NCBI RefSeq assembly: GCF_006345805.1
Contig: NW_021833337.1
Coordinates: 1-27,480, forward strand
From: Octopus sinensis
Lineage: Eukaryota
Length of the DNA stretch: 27,480 bases
Direction of reading: 5' to 3'
This document shows, in pieces, positions 11,662 through 23,244 of the stretch. Within the stretch, counting starts at the first letter, position 1, and each line of letters begins with the position of its first letter. The translations under genes were made by a program, and so were the position numbers. A model generated the notes under the pieces. The model was not told where the DNA came from. It saw only the letters and a list, made by a program, of their open reading frames with translations, and did not search any database.

Positions 11662-11899
11662 CTCTGTCACTTTTCTTTAATATCATCCTTTTCCTTGTTT
11701 TTTTTTGTCTTTTTCCGCTTCCATCTTTCCTTCTTTTCACTTTCTTTCTTGTCTTCCATACTTCTTTATTCCTCCACTCGACCCTCGTGATTGGATTCTG
11801 ATTAATTTTCAGCTCCTTCACGTCTACATCTCCGCCAATGCTCGCTTTTTTCAATCTTGCTAGCTTGCTTCCCTGCTCTGATCTTCGGAGCGCACAAAC

Positions 11900-12713
11900 G
11901 AAAACAACTACAACAATAATAGCAACAACAAGAGCCATGACAACAACAACACCAAAAACAAAAACAAAAACAACAGTAACAACAACAACAACCAACAATG
12001 ATAGCAGCAATAACTAAACCTGAAACGCAACAATACCATTCTGAACAACACAAAAGCAACAGCGACAGAATAAATATGAATGTAGTGAGAACAGTAAGAA
12101 GAAAAAAGAACAAAAACAACAACAACAACAAGAGGAAGAACAAGAACAAGAACAAGAGGAAGAAGAAGAAGAATAAGAAGTACAAGAACAAGAACAAGAA
12201 CAAGAGGAAGAAGAAGAAGAAGAAGAAGAAGAAGAAGAAAAATAAGGTGAAGTAGAAGAGAAAGAGGAAAGAGAAAAGGAGGAAGAAGTAGAAAAAGAAG
12301 GAGAAGAAGGGAAAGAAGAAGAGGCAGGAGAAAAAGAAGAATAAGAAAAAGGAGAAGAAGAAAATGAAAGGGAAGAAAAAGAAGTAGAAGAGGAAGAGGA
12401 AGAGGAAGGAGAAGAAGAAAAAGAAGTGGAAGGAGACGAAGAAGAGTAAGAAAAAGGAAGTAGGGGAAGAGAAAGAAGAAGAAGAACACCAACGGAAAAT
12501 AACAGCGACAGTAACAGCAACAACAATAAGAAAAAAACTGTAGCATCAACAGCAGCAACAGTAACATCACGAAGAATATGAGGACAACGGCTGCATAACA
12601 AGTATAAAAACAGCAATTGCAGCTGCAACAACATCCACGAGGGCTGTAGGAGATGTGTGACGGCCATAGCGTTAGCAATGTCGTCTTCGTCGTCGTCGTC
12701 GTCATCATCATCG

Positions 12714-12751
<38 letters not shown>

Positions 12752-12902
12752 GTCGTCATCATCATCGTCATCATCATCATCATCATCATCATTGTCATCA
12801 TCACCATCATCATCGTCATCATCATCATCATCGTCATCATCATCATCATCATCGTCATCATCACCATCATCGTCATCATCATCATCATCATCATCATCGT
12901 CG

Positions 12903-12948
<46 letters not shown>

Positions 12949-13037
12949 TATCATCATAATCATCATCATCATCATCATCATCATTATCAACATCATCACT
13001 ATAATAACCATTGCCATCCTTCTCCCCCTCCTCGTCG

Positions 13038-13076
<39 letters not shown>

Positions 13077-13345
13077 ACATAATCACCGTTGTCACCATCC
13101 TCTTCATCAAATTTATCCTCCTCCTCATCGTCATCGTCATCATCAACTTTATCCTCCGCCTCCTCCTTCTCAGCATAATCATCATCATCATCATCGTCGT
13201 CGTCGTCATCGTCGTCAAGCCTCACCACCGACATCTTGACACCACTTCCGCAAACCTATCACCGCCATCCTCATTTTTCTCACTCCCACCACCATCACCA
13301 CCACCACCAACGACGACAACAACAACAACAACAACAACAACAACT
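11900..13345. repeat. Degenerate (AAC)n, (AAG)n and (TCA)n trinucleotide arrays
   Basis: Directly visible; generates the 406- and 436-aa low-complexity ORFs. Confidence 0.95.
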
Positions 13346-13519
13346 TCAATGGCAAGAAATTAGATCAAATACGGCTCTAGAAGAAACTGGAAATCATTGA
13401 CAATAAAAATTAATAACAGGAGCAACGATGACAATAAAACAACAACAACAACATCATCTATGACCCCAGCATCACCAGCCAACAACAACCACAACAATCA
13501 TCCAATGGGGCCTCCAAGG

Positions 13520-13680
13520 GCTGTCTCTAATTTCTAAATACAGTAACCAAGTGTCCCTCTAATCTGTAAGTTAGTGCCTTAAATAGCGTGGTGTCAGTAA
13601 ATCTGTGAGTGAGACTAAGGGCAATGGTCATCGTTGGAACGTCTTTGATCATAGGTGTGATTGATTCGGAACTGTTGATG
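13520..13680 (+). mobile_element. Very degenerate family D fragment
   Basis: tggtcatcgttggaacgtctttgatcatagg aligns with 18540-18570 and 3423-3445. Confidence 0.4.
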
Positions 13681-13789
13681 GTTTCTGAAGGAGTTTATAA
13701 GGAGTTGGTGTGGTGAAAGGATTGGTCTCTTCCGTGAACACTTCGTTCTTTGTTCTTTCAACGTAGCCAACTCAGAGATAGATAGATTG

Positions 13790-13795
13790 ATAGAT

Positions 13796-13828
<33 letters not shown>

Positions 13829-14485
13829 AGACGGAGGGAGAGAGAGAGGAGAGAGAGACGGAGGGAGAGAGAGATGGAGAGAGAGGCAGACTGGGAGAGA
13901 GAGAGAAAGAGAGATTTACATAATGAGAAAGAGAGACAGAGAGAAAGAGAAAAAACAAGAAAAAAGAACGAGAGGGAGAGAGAGAGGCAGGGAGAGAGAG
14001 AGAGAGAGAGAAAGGGAGAGTGGAACATAGGGAGAGAGAGGTAGAGAGAGAGAGAGAGAGAAAGAAAAAGAGCAAAGAGAAGGAAAGAGAGAGAGAGATG
14101 GAGGTACGTAATGGGAGAGACAGAGAAGAAGAAAAAACAAGAAAACAGAACGAAAGAGAGAGGCACAGAGGAATAGAGAGAAGTAGAGGGAGAGAGAGTG
14201 TGACAGGGAGAGAGAGAAAGAGAAGTAGAGAGAGAGAGAAATTAAAAGTCCAAAGAGAGAGAAAGCAAGAGAGAGATATGTAATGTAAAAGAGAGAGAGA
14301 GAGAGAGAAAAGAAAGAAAATGGAAAAGAACGAGTGAAAGAAAGAGATGCAAGTAGGAAGCGAGAGAGAGGTAGAAAGAGAGACAGAAAGAAGAGCTAAT
14401 AGAAGGAAAAACAGAAAGACAGAAAGAGAGAAAAGAGAGAGCAAGGAGAGAGAGAGAGAAAGAGAGAAAGAGAGAAAATAGAGAG

Positions 14486-14521
<36 letters not shown>

Positions 14522-14530
14522 AGAGAAACG
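13790..14530. repeat. ~740-bp purine-rich (GA)n-derived block
   Basis: Directly visible. Confidence 0.95.
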
Positions 14531-14789
14531 AGAGAAGAAAGGTGTCTCTTGTATGACTTGATTAATTCTTTATGTATCAAGCTGGAAAAGATGAAAGAAA
14601 AAAGGGGGAAAAAAAGAACAAAGATGGCTTCAATTAGATTTGAAGTTTGAATGGCGGACAACTCTGGCAAAATAAAGAAGAGTGGTCTTCATTAGAACCT
14701 TGTTTGCTTTCATTACAAACTAATGGCTTAACATTAGCTAAAAAGGGAACTTTTTGATAAATTCACATGAATCTTCCGTCCCCATCCAT

Positions 14790-14804
14790 CCATCCACCCA
14801 TCTA

Positions 14805-14863
<59 letters not shown>

Positions 14864-14923
14864 TTATTTATCTATCTATCTATCTTTATCAATCTATATA
14901 TCTATCTATCTATCTCTTTATCA

Positions 14924-15011
<88 letters not shown>

Positions 15012-15023
15012 GTCTATATACCA

Positions 15024-15101
<78 letters not shown>

Positions 15102-15120
15102 TATCTATCTATCTATCCAT
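14790..15120. repeat. (TCTA)n array
   Basis: Directly visible. Confidence 0.95.
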
Positions 15121-15479
15121 GTGCAATTACATATATATAAGATGTTCGTTATATGTTTAATATAAATTTGATGAATATATTTCATTTTAGAAAAACGAAA
15201 AAAAATAAAATAAAAGGCGATTCATTGGTAAATATTGCATGTACAAGCCTTATGTAATTAAATTAAAGTGATACGAAATTTTTTTTGTCTTAAAACATTT
15301 TATCAATTTATATGATTGTATACATAGACACAGTTTAGAAAAATACACAAACACGCACACAATTATGCATGAATTCATCTATGTTCGGACACACAGACAC
15401 ACAGATATATTCGCATACATAATTGGATACACATACATATACATACTTACATAAACCTATATATATATATATATATATC

Positions 15480-15513
<34 letters not shown>

Positions 15514-15550
15514 GTGTGTGTGTGTGTGTGTCTATATGTATGTATATATA

Positions 15551-15600
<50 letters not shown>

Positions 15601-15984
15601 ATGTATGTATGTATAAATATTTGTAACATGAAAGGTGTTGGCAATAGTGAAGTGTATGAAACGTATGTAAATTTAAAGGCTGTTGTCTGAACGCTGTATA
15701 TTAATTAATTCTACGTGGATACTTCATATAAATAATTCATACTTATAAAACACCGCGCATCGACAGAAGTTATAATCACACACACACACACACACACACA
15801 CACCACACACTCACGCACACATTCACGCACACATACAGACAAGCATACACACGCATGCGAATGCACACACACACATACACTCACAAATACACGTATAGCT
15901 ATCGCATGAAATCTCCAACTGTATTTGTCGTGGCTGTTCTACACACTGTATTCAAATCCAGCTGGAATGAAATTAGCCGTTGTT

Positions 15985-16110
15985 TTCTTCTTCTTCTTCT
16001 TCTTCTTCTTCTTCTTCTTCTTCTTCTTCTTCTTCTTCTTCTTCTTCTTCTTCTTCTTCTTCTTCTTCTTCTTCTTCTTCTTCTTCTTCTTCTTCTTCTT
16101 CTTCTTCTTC
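15985..16110. repeat. Perfect (TTC)42
   Basis: 126 bp uninterrupted. Confidence 0.97.
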
Positions 16111-16515
16111 CAATCAGGACTCACGCCATTAGCCACAAAGAATAACAACTTGAAGATCCACCCACCACACGCGTTAGAATGGCGGTTGCACGGGTGCGAA
16201 AGTTACGTTGTTATCCTCATTCCGTAAACGAGGGCTTTTAACGGGTGGAGAGATGAACCATCCTGGGGTACAGTGGATTCGCAATCTAGACTAGGGTTTA
16301 CCAAACCATAGTGGGTTACACCATGGTTCCTCTGATTTGTGGCAGAAGTAGGAAGAAAGAGAGAGAAAGTTGTGGTGAAAGACTACAGGGGGGTTCACAC
16401 CCCACGTCGGAGCCTCGTGGAGCTTAAGTGTTTTTGCTCAATAAATACTCACAATGTTCGGTCTGGGAATCAGAACCGCGTTCTTACGACCGCGAGTCCG
16501 CTGCCCTAACCATCG
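16111..16515 (-). mobile_element. tRNA-derived SINE family C, head slightly truncated, ending in an (AAG)n tail
   Basis: Minus strand reads gatggttagggcagcggactcgcggtcgtaagaacgcggttctgattcccagaccg (tRNA-like D/anticodon/T arms), then body, then (AAG)42. Confidence 0.7.
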
Positions 16516-16744
16516 CAAAAATCGGCGAGCAGGAGAGAAGCACTGTAAAAGAAAGATGCATAACGTGGCAGTACGACCCCACTAGATGACGCTGGCCGCC
16601 AGACTGACGCCTGAGGATCAAATCTAGTGGTTTGTACCGGCGGGAGCCCCAGCTACAACGGGCTTATCCCACAAAGAATATTTCCGGTTACTTTTGAGTA
16701 CTTCCTCGTATCTCGAACACTACTGCCTAGCAGGTTGTTTATTT

Positions 16745-16805
16745 TCCCCTGTGATAGAGGAATATGTTTAAGGGGGAGATGTGGCTGCTATTCTTAGCAA
16801 GTCAC
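16745..16805 (-). mobile_element. Family D fragment
   Basis: rc ctaagaatagcagccacatctcccccttaaac resembles 3345-3380. Confidence 0.4.
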
Positions 16806-16902
16806 GTCTTCAGATAGCAGCACCTTATTTCGCTGTACATCAAACATTCTACAAAACAGTTTCCAAACTGCAACCGCTTGTTTTGGTTCCTTCTCCCAGC
16901 TT

Positions 16903-17040
16903 TGCAAACACTTCCCTCCCTCTTCTCTTCTACAAACACTTCCCTCCCGCTTCTCCTTTACAAACACTTCCCTCCCTCTTCTCTTCTACAAACACTTCCC
17001 TCCCGCTTCTCCTTTACAAGCACTTCCCTCCCACCTCTTC
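16903..17040. repeat. 28-bp minisatellite, 5 units, alternating A/B variants
   Basis: tacaaacacttccctccc-tcttctcttc (A) and -gcttctcctt (B) in order A-B-A-B-B'. Confidence 0.95.
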
Positions 17041-17564
17041 TTAAACTTAATGATTCTTTAGACAGGTATTTCTAAGAGATAGTCCGCCATATTTTCCGCT
17101 TTTATTGCATTCACTTCTACTCTTAACTAGTTCATGAGGAAGGTCAAAAGCTCACCTACTTGTTGTCTATAAAATTTAATAGCATTCCAAGTTAGTTTTT
17201 ATCTGCAGTTTATCACCTGTATGCTGTGTGGTAATATGTATTATTGGAGATTAACTCCTCATAAATCTGCTCCTTATCCCTTTGAGTTTGCGCCATGTTT
17301 TTTTGCATCTCATTCAAATCACCCATTAGTAATACGTTGTCTGTCCAAAGTACTGTGAAATTCACACATTTCCTGGCTCGTATGAGCCCCTCTTCGTACA
17401 TTCTGATCGTCTTTTGAGTAGGGTCGATATTTTTATTTCTTAGAGCTGTTCATTTTCCTCCTTCTTTTGTCCGTTTCACGCTCCTCAACACCTTTCCACG
17501 CTTGTTCGTTCTTTATGTTCTCTGCAACTTCTCAAGACGATGAGGTGGTGGTGCTGCTGGTTAT

Positions 17565-17698
17565 GGCCGGAGAGAGGGCTGTGGGTCATCGATTTCTGGT
17601 ATTGATAACATACTGATTTTGTTTACGATCCTGAAATAATAACCAGTAAGGGTTTCTGATTTAGAGACAAGGCCACCAAGTTTGAGGGGGAGATTAGT
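17565..17698 (-). mobile_element. Two degenerate SINE family A tail fragments
   Basis: gacaaggccaccaagtttgaggggg (17667-17691) resembles the tail at 10640-10660; weaker match at 17565-17636. Confidence 0.4.
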
Positions 17699-17709
17699 AT
17701 GTGTGTATT

Positions 17710-17756
<47 letters not shown>

Positions 17757-17818
17757 TATCTAATATATATATGTGTGTGTAAATATGTGTGTAAATAGGT
17801 ATGTATGTATATAATTAT

Positions 17819-17879
<61 letters not shown>

Positions 17880-18138
17880 CCTACATGTGTATGTATGCAT
17901 GTGTATATGATATTGTGCACTCGTCACCATTCGATTTTGCTGCAAATATGCCAAATCCTTCCTCACCAATTGCAGCTGCTCTAGTGGGATGGCTATCACA
18001 AACAAAGAATGTGGTTTGAATTCCTTTGGGGAAAGTGAATCTGGGAAACGTAAGCAGAGAGTAAAGCACATCACACGAGGTTTCTACGGACGATCCAACG
18101 AACAAGAGATTCCATCAATCAAAACTCCACCGCCCTCA

Positions 18139-18511
18139 AGCTTTATTCATCGTTCCTCAAAAAGACAAAAACAATGGCGTGGAGGCGCAATGCGTGTCGT
18201 GAACTGAAAGAACAGGGAGAAGTTGATTTGGACCTTTTTTCGAAGGTCATCACTGATGACAAAAGCTGGTGTTGCGGAATTTGCAGACGTGGAAGTGATG
18301 AAGGAAAAAAAAAAAAAAAAAAACGACGGAGCCGATAAAATGCATCATTTCGCAAGAGTTCCATCACTGTTTCGAATTGTGGAAACCGCTCCTGGACCGA
18401 TGCATTGCTTCGGAGGGAGAACACTTTCAAGTCAATGAAAGTGTAAACATATAAAACTTGGTGAATAAAATAATATTGGTAAAATTCCGGTTTCTATTGG
18501 TTACCCCCTCG
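18139..18511 (+). mobile_element. Mariner (DD34D-type) transposase deletion derivative with right TIR
   Basis: With frameshifts it reads QKQWR..CRELKEQGEVDLDLFSKVITDDKSWCCG (first catalytic motif, normally ITGDESW). This is fused to FADVEVMKEKTTEPIKC.ISQEFHHCFELWKPLLDRCIASEGEHFQ. Ends ...ttaccccctcg|TA. Confidence 0.8.
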
Positions 18512-18529
18512 TATATTGTAACTGCGTGA

Positions 18530-18605
18530 AAATTAAGATGGCTACAGCTGGAAAGTGTTTGATCATACATATCTAATCAATAATATCTGGCCTGAAGTTA
18601 AACAA
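18530..18605 (+). mobile_element. Family D tail fragment
   Basis: gatggctacagctggaaagtgtttgatcata...gttaaacaa. Confidence 0.45.
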
Positions 18606-18619
18606 TTGTATCATCATGA

Positions 18620-18835
18620 TTATATAATGATCGCCATCATCGTTGTAACCATCATCTCATTTCTCGTTTTTATTCTCCACCTCTACCACCTCCTCCTCCT
18701 CCTCTTCCACCTCCTCCTCCTCCTCCTCATTAGCATCGTTCTTGTCATCATCCCCGTAAACAGCACTATCAACACCACCATCATCCCAATATCAATTATC
18801 AATATCATCATCGTAACCTTCGTCATTATAATCGA

Positions 18836-18871
<36 letters not shown>

Positions 18872-19031
18872 CTCCATCGTTATTGTCATCATCATTATCA
18901 CTACCATCCTTTCGCTCCTCCTCCTCCTCGACCTCCTCCTCGTCACCCTTCTCCTTGTCCGCGTCCCCCTCCTCTTCCTCTTCCTCCTTATCGTCGTCAT
19001 CCTCTCCTTCCTCCTCCTCCTCCTCCTCCCC

Positions 19032-19063
<32 letters not shown>

Positions 19064-19064
19064 T

Positions 19065-19098
<34 letters not shown>

Positions 19099-19925
19099 AC
19101 AACAACAGCGTTATCATCATCATCATCATCATCATCATTATCATCATCATCATCATCAACAACAACAACAACAACGTCATCATCATCATCATTATCACTA
19201 CCCTCATCAGTCATGTCACATTCTTCGTCGTCATTCGTATCATCGTTATCTCCGCTGTCGTCATCCTCATCACCACCACCACCACCACCACCACCACCTC
19301 CTCCTCCTCCTCCCTCACCAACGCCACCATTACCTCGTTTACAAATGAGCAATTAAAACAATCCGAATCCCATTAATATTGCCGCCATAATTTACTCATC
19401 TGTTTGATAGTTTCATTGGCGCTTCATAAATCGTATTGAAGACATCATCTCATATCTACCATTCAAGAGCAGATAATCACTACGACAACAACAACAACAA
19501 CAGCAGCAGCAGCAGCAGCAGAGAGAAGAACAAGAACAGAATCAAAGACAAGATGGATACCAGCGACCACAACAACGGCAACAGCAACAACAGCTGACAA
19601 GAAAACAAAAACACCATTCCTATCACAATCAATGCCACAAACGCCACCGCCATCACCATCACCCTCACCACCACCACCATCTCTACCGCTATTACCACCA
19701 CAACCACCACCACCGCTATCACTACCCTCACCACCACCATCTCTACCACTATCATCAACAACACTACCGCCACCACCACGATCACCATCCTCACTACCAT
19801 CATCTCCACCGCTACCACTACCACCACCAGCACCAGCACCACCAGCACCAACACCGGCACCACCATCACAACCACTACCACTACCACCACGACCACGACC
19901 TCTCTTATCACCACCACCTATCAAT

Positions 19926-19962
<37 letters not shown>

Positions 19963-20007
19963 ATCTATCTTTATATCTATCTCTATCTATCTTCTCTCCT
20001 CTCTCTC

Positions 20008-20042
<35 letters not shown>

Positions 20043-20100
20043 AGATATATATATATATATATATATACATATATGTATATGTATGTATATGTACGTATAT
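18620..20100. repeat. (TCA)/(TCC)/(CCA) trinucleotide arrays, then (TCTA)/(CT)/(TA)
   Basis: Directly visible; unique island at ~19330-19470. Confidence 0.93.
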
Positions 20101-20969
20101 GTATGTATAATTTATGCAACAGAAACAACGACGCTAGAATTAGCAACAATAGTACAGAGAAGGAAAGCTTGAATGAGATTAGCAGCGATTAAAACATTTA
20201 AGAGCGAGGTATTAAAAAAATAAACATTAGCAACAAGAACACACACACGCACACCCACGCACGCACACCCACGCACGCACACACTCACAAATCGTTAGTA
20301 CCAGTAATAAAGAGAATGAAAACGCAAAACAACATAAGCAACTACGAAATTAGCAACATTTAAGAAGTAGCAACGTTAAGACAAAATGAAAAATATATGC
20401 GTGAGCAACAAAGCACACACACACGAAATCATGAATGATAATTACATAATTGGCACCAATAATTTCAACAATAGCATCGCCAATAACAACAACAACAACG
20501 AAAGCAAGACAACATATGCAACTTCAACAACAACAATAATAATAGCAACAACAATAACAACAACAACAACAAAAGCAAGAAGCACATCTACAAGAACAAG
20601 AGCAGCAGCAATAGCAACAAGAACAACTGATAATGGATATCTATAAATTTCCCAAAATTATAATTACATTTCACTGATTCTTTGACTTCAATTAAAATCT
20701 AATTTTCCAATTTCGACGTAATTTCTTCCTCTTCTTTTTCTTCTCGAGTAATTATTTATTTAAAACCATCTCATGAGAATTTGTGAACAACATCGTTGTT
20801 GGCTGTTAGCAGTTGCAGGAATTGAACCTGCCAGTCACTGGTTCATGGCATTCATGGTGACAAGGGTGTGCATGGGAGTATCTGTATAACGGGGTGTAAC
20901 TATCCTCTCAAAGGACATCGTTATTATCGAGGTTTTTTTTGTCCTTCGCATTTATACTTCGATGAAATT

Positions 20970-21166
20970 TACACGCAATTTCGGGGGTAAGGTTGTAAAT
21001 CGATTATATCGACCCCACTGCCCAAAGGATGTTTATTTTATCGACAGGGAAAAATTGAAACGCAATGTCGATCTCGGCGGGTTTTGAACCCTGAACGTAA
21101 AGACGGACAGAATGCTTGTAAGCTTTTTGCCCCATGCGGTAACGATTTTTCCAGCTCGCCCCCTGA
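20970..21166 (-). mobile_element. Diverged near-full SINE family A copy
   Basis: aatcgattatatcgacccca...ttttatcgacaggg...gtcgatctcggcgggttttgaaccctgaacgtaaagacggac...ccagctcgccccct. Confidence 0.8.
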
Positions 21167-21249
21167 ATACGCACACATATTCACACACACATGTTTCCAT
21201 CCAAGTTGGAGGCGTGTACCAACCTCATATATAACAGGTTATTCATATA

Positions 21250-21455
21250 CGAGGGGACGCTGGGAAGTTCCTGGTTTTCTGGTGTCGTGAAGGGCGGACG
21301 CCCAACCTTCCGATTTCTTTTACAGAACATAGAAAACCTGGACGACCGCAGCAAAATGTGTGTGAATCCGAGAGGAGAATATGCTTAAAATCGTAATTAA
21401 CTAATCCTTCTGTTTTTTCTTTTAAACAAAACCAGAAATGTTCCAGCACCTATCG
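21250..21455 (+). mobile_element. Complete 206-bp mariner-derived MITE
   Basis: TA|cgaggggacgctgggaagttcctggttt ... aaaaccagaaatgttccagcacctatcg|TA; internal FLLQNIENLDDRSKMCVNPRGEYA* resembles a mariner transposase C-terminus. Confidence 0.88.
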
Positions 21456-21619
21456 TATATGTGTGTGTTTGTTTGTGTACGTGCGCCTTTAATTATAATT
21501 TTGACAAGAACCCACGCAAACACACGCGCACACGCACAAACACACAGAGAAAGGGAGAGAGAGAGACAAATAGAGATAGCTAGATAGATAAAACAATGAT
21601 CCGGTATTGTACACATTGT

Positions 21620-22150
21620 ACATCCATCCATCCATCTATCCACCCATACATACATACATGCATGCAAACATACATGCATACATACATACATACATACATA
21701 CATTACATACATACATACATACATACATACACACATACATGCATACATGCATACATACATACATGCATACATACATACATACATGCATACACGCATACAT
21801 ACATACATATATACATACACACACGCATACATACATACACACATATATACATTACATACATACACACATACATGCATACATAATTCATATATACATTCAT
21901 ACATACATACACACATAAATTCATACATACATGCATACACACATACATACATACATACATACATACATACATACATACATGCATGCACACATACATACAT
22001 ACATACATACATACATACAAGTATACATACACACATAGACACATACATGCATACATACCTTCATACATACATACATACATACATACATACATACATACAT
22101 ACATACATACACATATACATACATACATACATACATACATACATGCATAC
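21620..22150. repeat. (ATAC)n array
   Basis: Directly visible. Confidence 0.95.
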
Positions 22151-22824
22151 ATACAGTCTTGTCAAGGTCTTCAAATTCCTAGGCTTGCAGTAGTTTATTC
22201 AACCAGCAATAAAAATACAGAATTTATAAAATTTATAAAATTTCTTTCTTAGAAGAAACTTTTCCAGTGAAAATCAATGAAGAAAATTAATGCGGGTGGG
22301 CGGGGTTTACCTACGTGGGAACGTATTGGGAAGTTTGCTTTATTATCAGTTAATTGTCGGTAGGTTAAAATTTAATTGATGGAAATTAAAAAGGCTTTTT
22401 AAATGGCGGCTAGAAGACAAAGAAGAAGAGAAGAAGAAAACGAAGAAAAAGACAAAGAAATTACAGAAACTAATTAAGTTTTGTTATTCAAATTTGAACT
22501 CTGCAGGTTATAAAAGATGAACATAATATTCTGTGACAAATTAATGAGTAAATGTGTAGGCGTACTTGTGTATGTGTGTGGGGGTTATTGGAAAAATAGC
22601 GTGGTGGGGAGGAGGGTGTTTCATTATGTTTACTAATTACTAATTAGAAGTATGTACATGTGTCTATATAGATGTGTGTGTATGTGCGAGTGTTTGTGTG
22701 TTGTAAAGGTTTAATAGTTTAAAGTTAAATAATACAATGGTAAACGATAAAAAGATAAATGTTAAACTATGAATATTAAATATAAAACATTAGTTAAATA
22801 CATTTCTGAATATAGCAACTATAA

Positions 22825-22855
<31 letters not shown>

Positions 22856-22995
22856 GTATGTATGTATGTATGTATGTATGTAGTATGTATGTATGTATGT
22901 ATGCATGTATGTATGCATGTATGCATGTATGAATGTATGTATGTGTGTATATACATATACAGGTATGTATGTATATGTATATATATATATATATA
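22825..22995. repeat. (GTAT)n/(TA)n array
   Basis: Directly visible. Confidence 0.95.
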
Positions 22996-23087
22996 ATATT
23001 AATTCGAGACAAAACCACTATTTTGCAAAACAAACAAGGAAAGACTTAATCAATACATAAAAATTTTAATATAAAATAAATAAACCG

Positions 23088-23131
23088 CCACTACAATCGT
23101 TTCATGTCTTCAAATGACATTCGTCAGGTGG
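23088..23131 (-). ncRNA. Type I hammerhead ribozyme (intact minimal core)
   Basis: CCAC-CUGACGA-AUGUC-auuugaa-GACAU-GAAAC-gauu-GUA/GUGG; cleavage between 23092 and 23091. Confidence 0.85.
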
Positions 23132-23200
23132 ATTTCCGATCTTCTAATCAGTTTTAATTTATGACTTCATAAATTAAAACTGATTAGAAGATCGGAAAAT

Positions 23201-23244
23201 CCACCTGACGAATGTCATTTGAAGACATGAAACGATTGTAGTGG
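23201..23244 (+). ncRNA. Type I hammerhead ribozyme (intact minimal core)
   Basis: Same motif on the plus strand: core 23205-23211, stem II 23212-16/23224-28, GAAAC 23229-33, GUA 23238-40, stem I CCAC/GUGG. Confidence 0.85.

Noticed and set aside
13620-13775. Minus-strand peptide VGYVERTKNEVFTEETNPFTTPTPYKLLQKPSTVPNQSHL* as a terminal exon
   Set aside because: The acceptor would be GAG; part of it overlaps a degenerate repeat; no homology recognised
16860-17040. CRISPR-like or coding repeat
   Set aside because: Tandem units without unique spacers in a eukaryotic context; it is a plain minisatellite
19330-19470. Unique island with homeodomain-like TAAT/CATAAA sites as an enhancer
   Set aside because: Such words are frequent in AT-rich DNA; conservation data would be needed
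20800-20870. tRNA gene (rc GCAGG-TTCAATT-CCTGC T-arm)
   Set aside because: Anticodon, D and acceptor stems do not pair; at most a SINE/tRNA remnant
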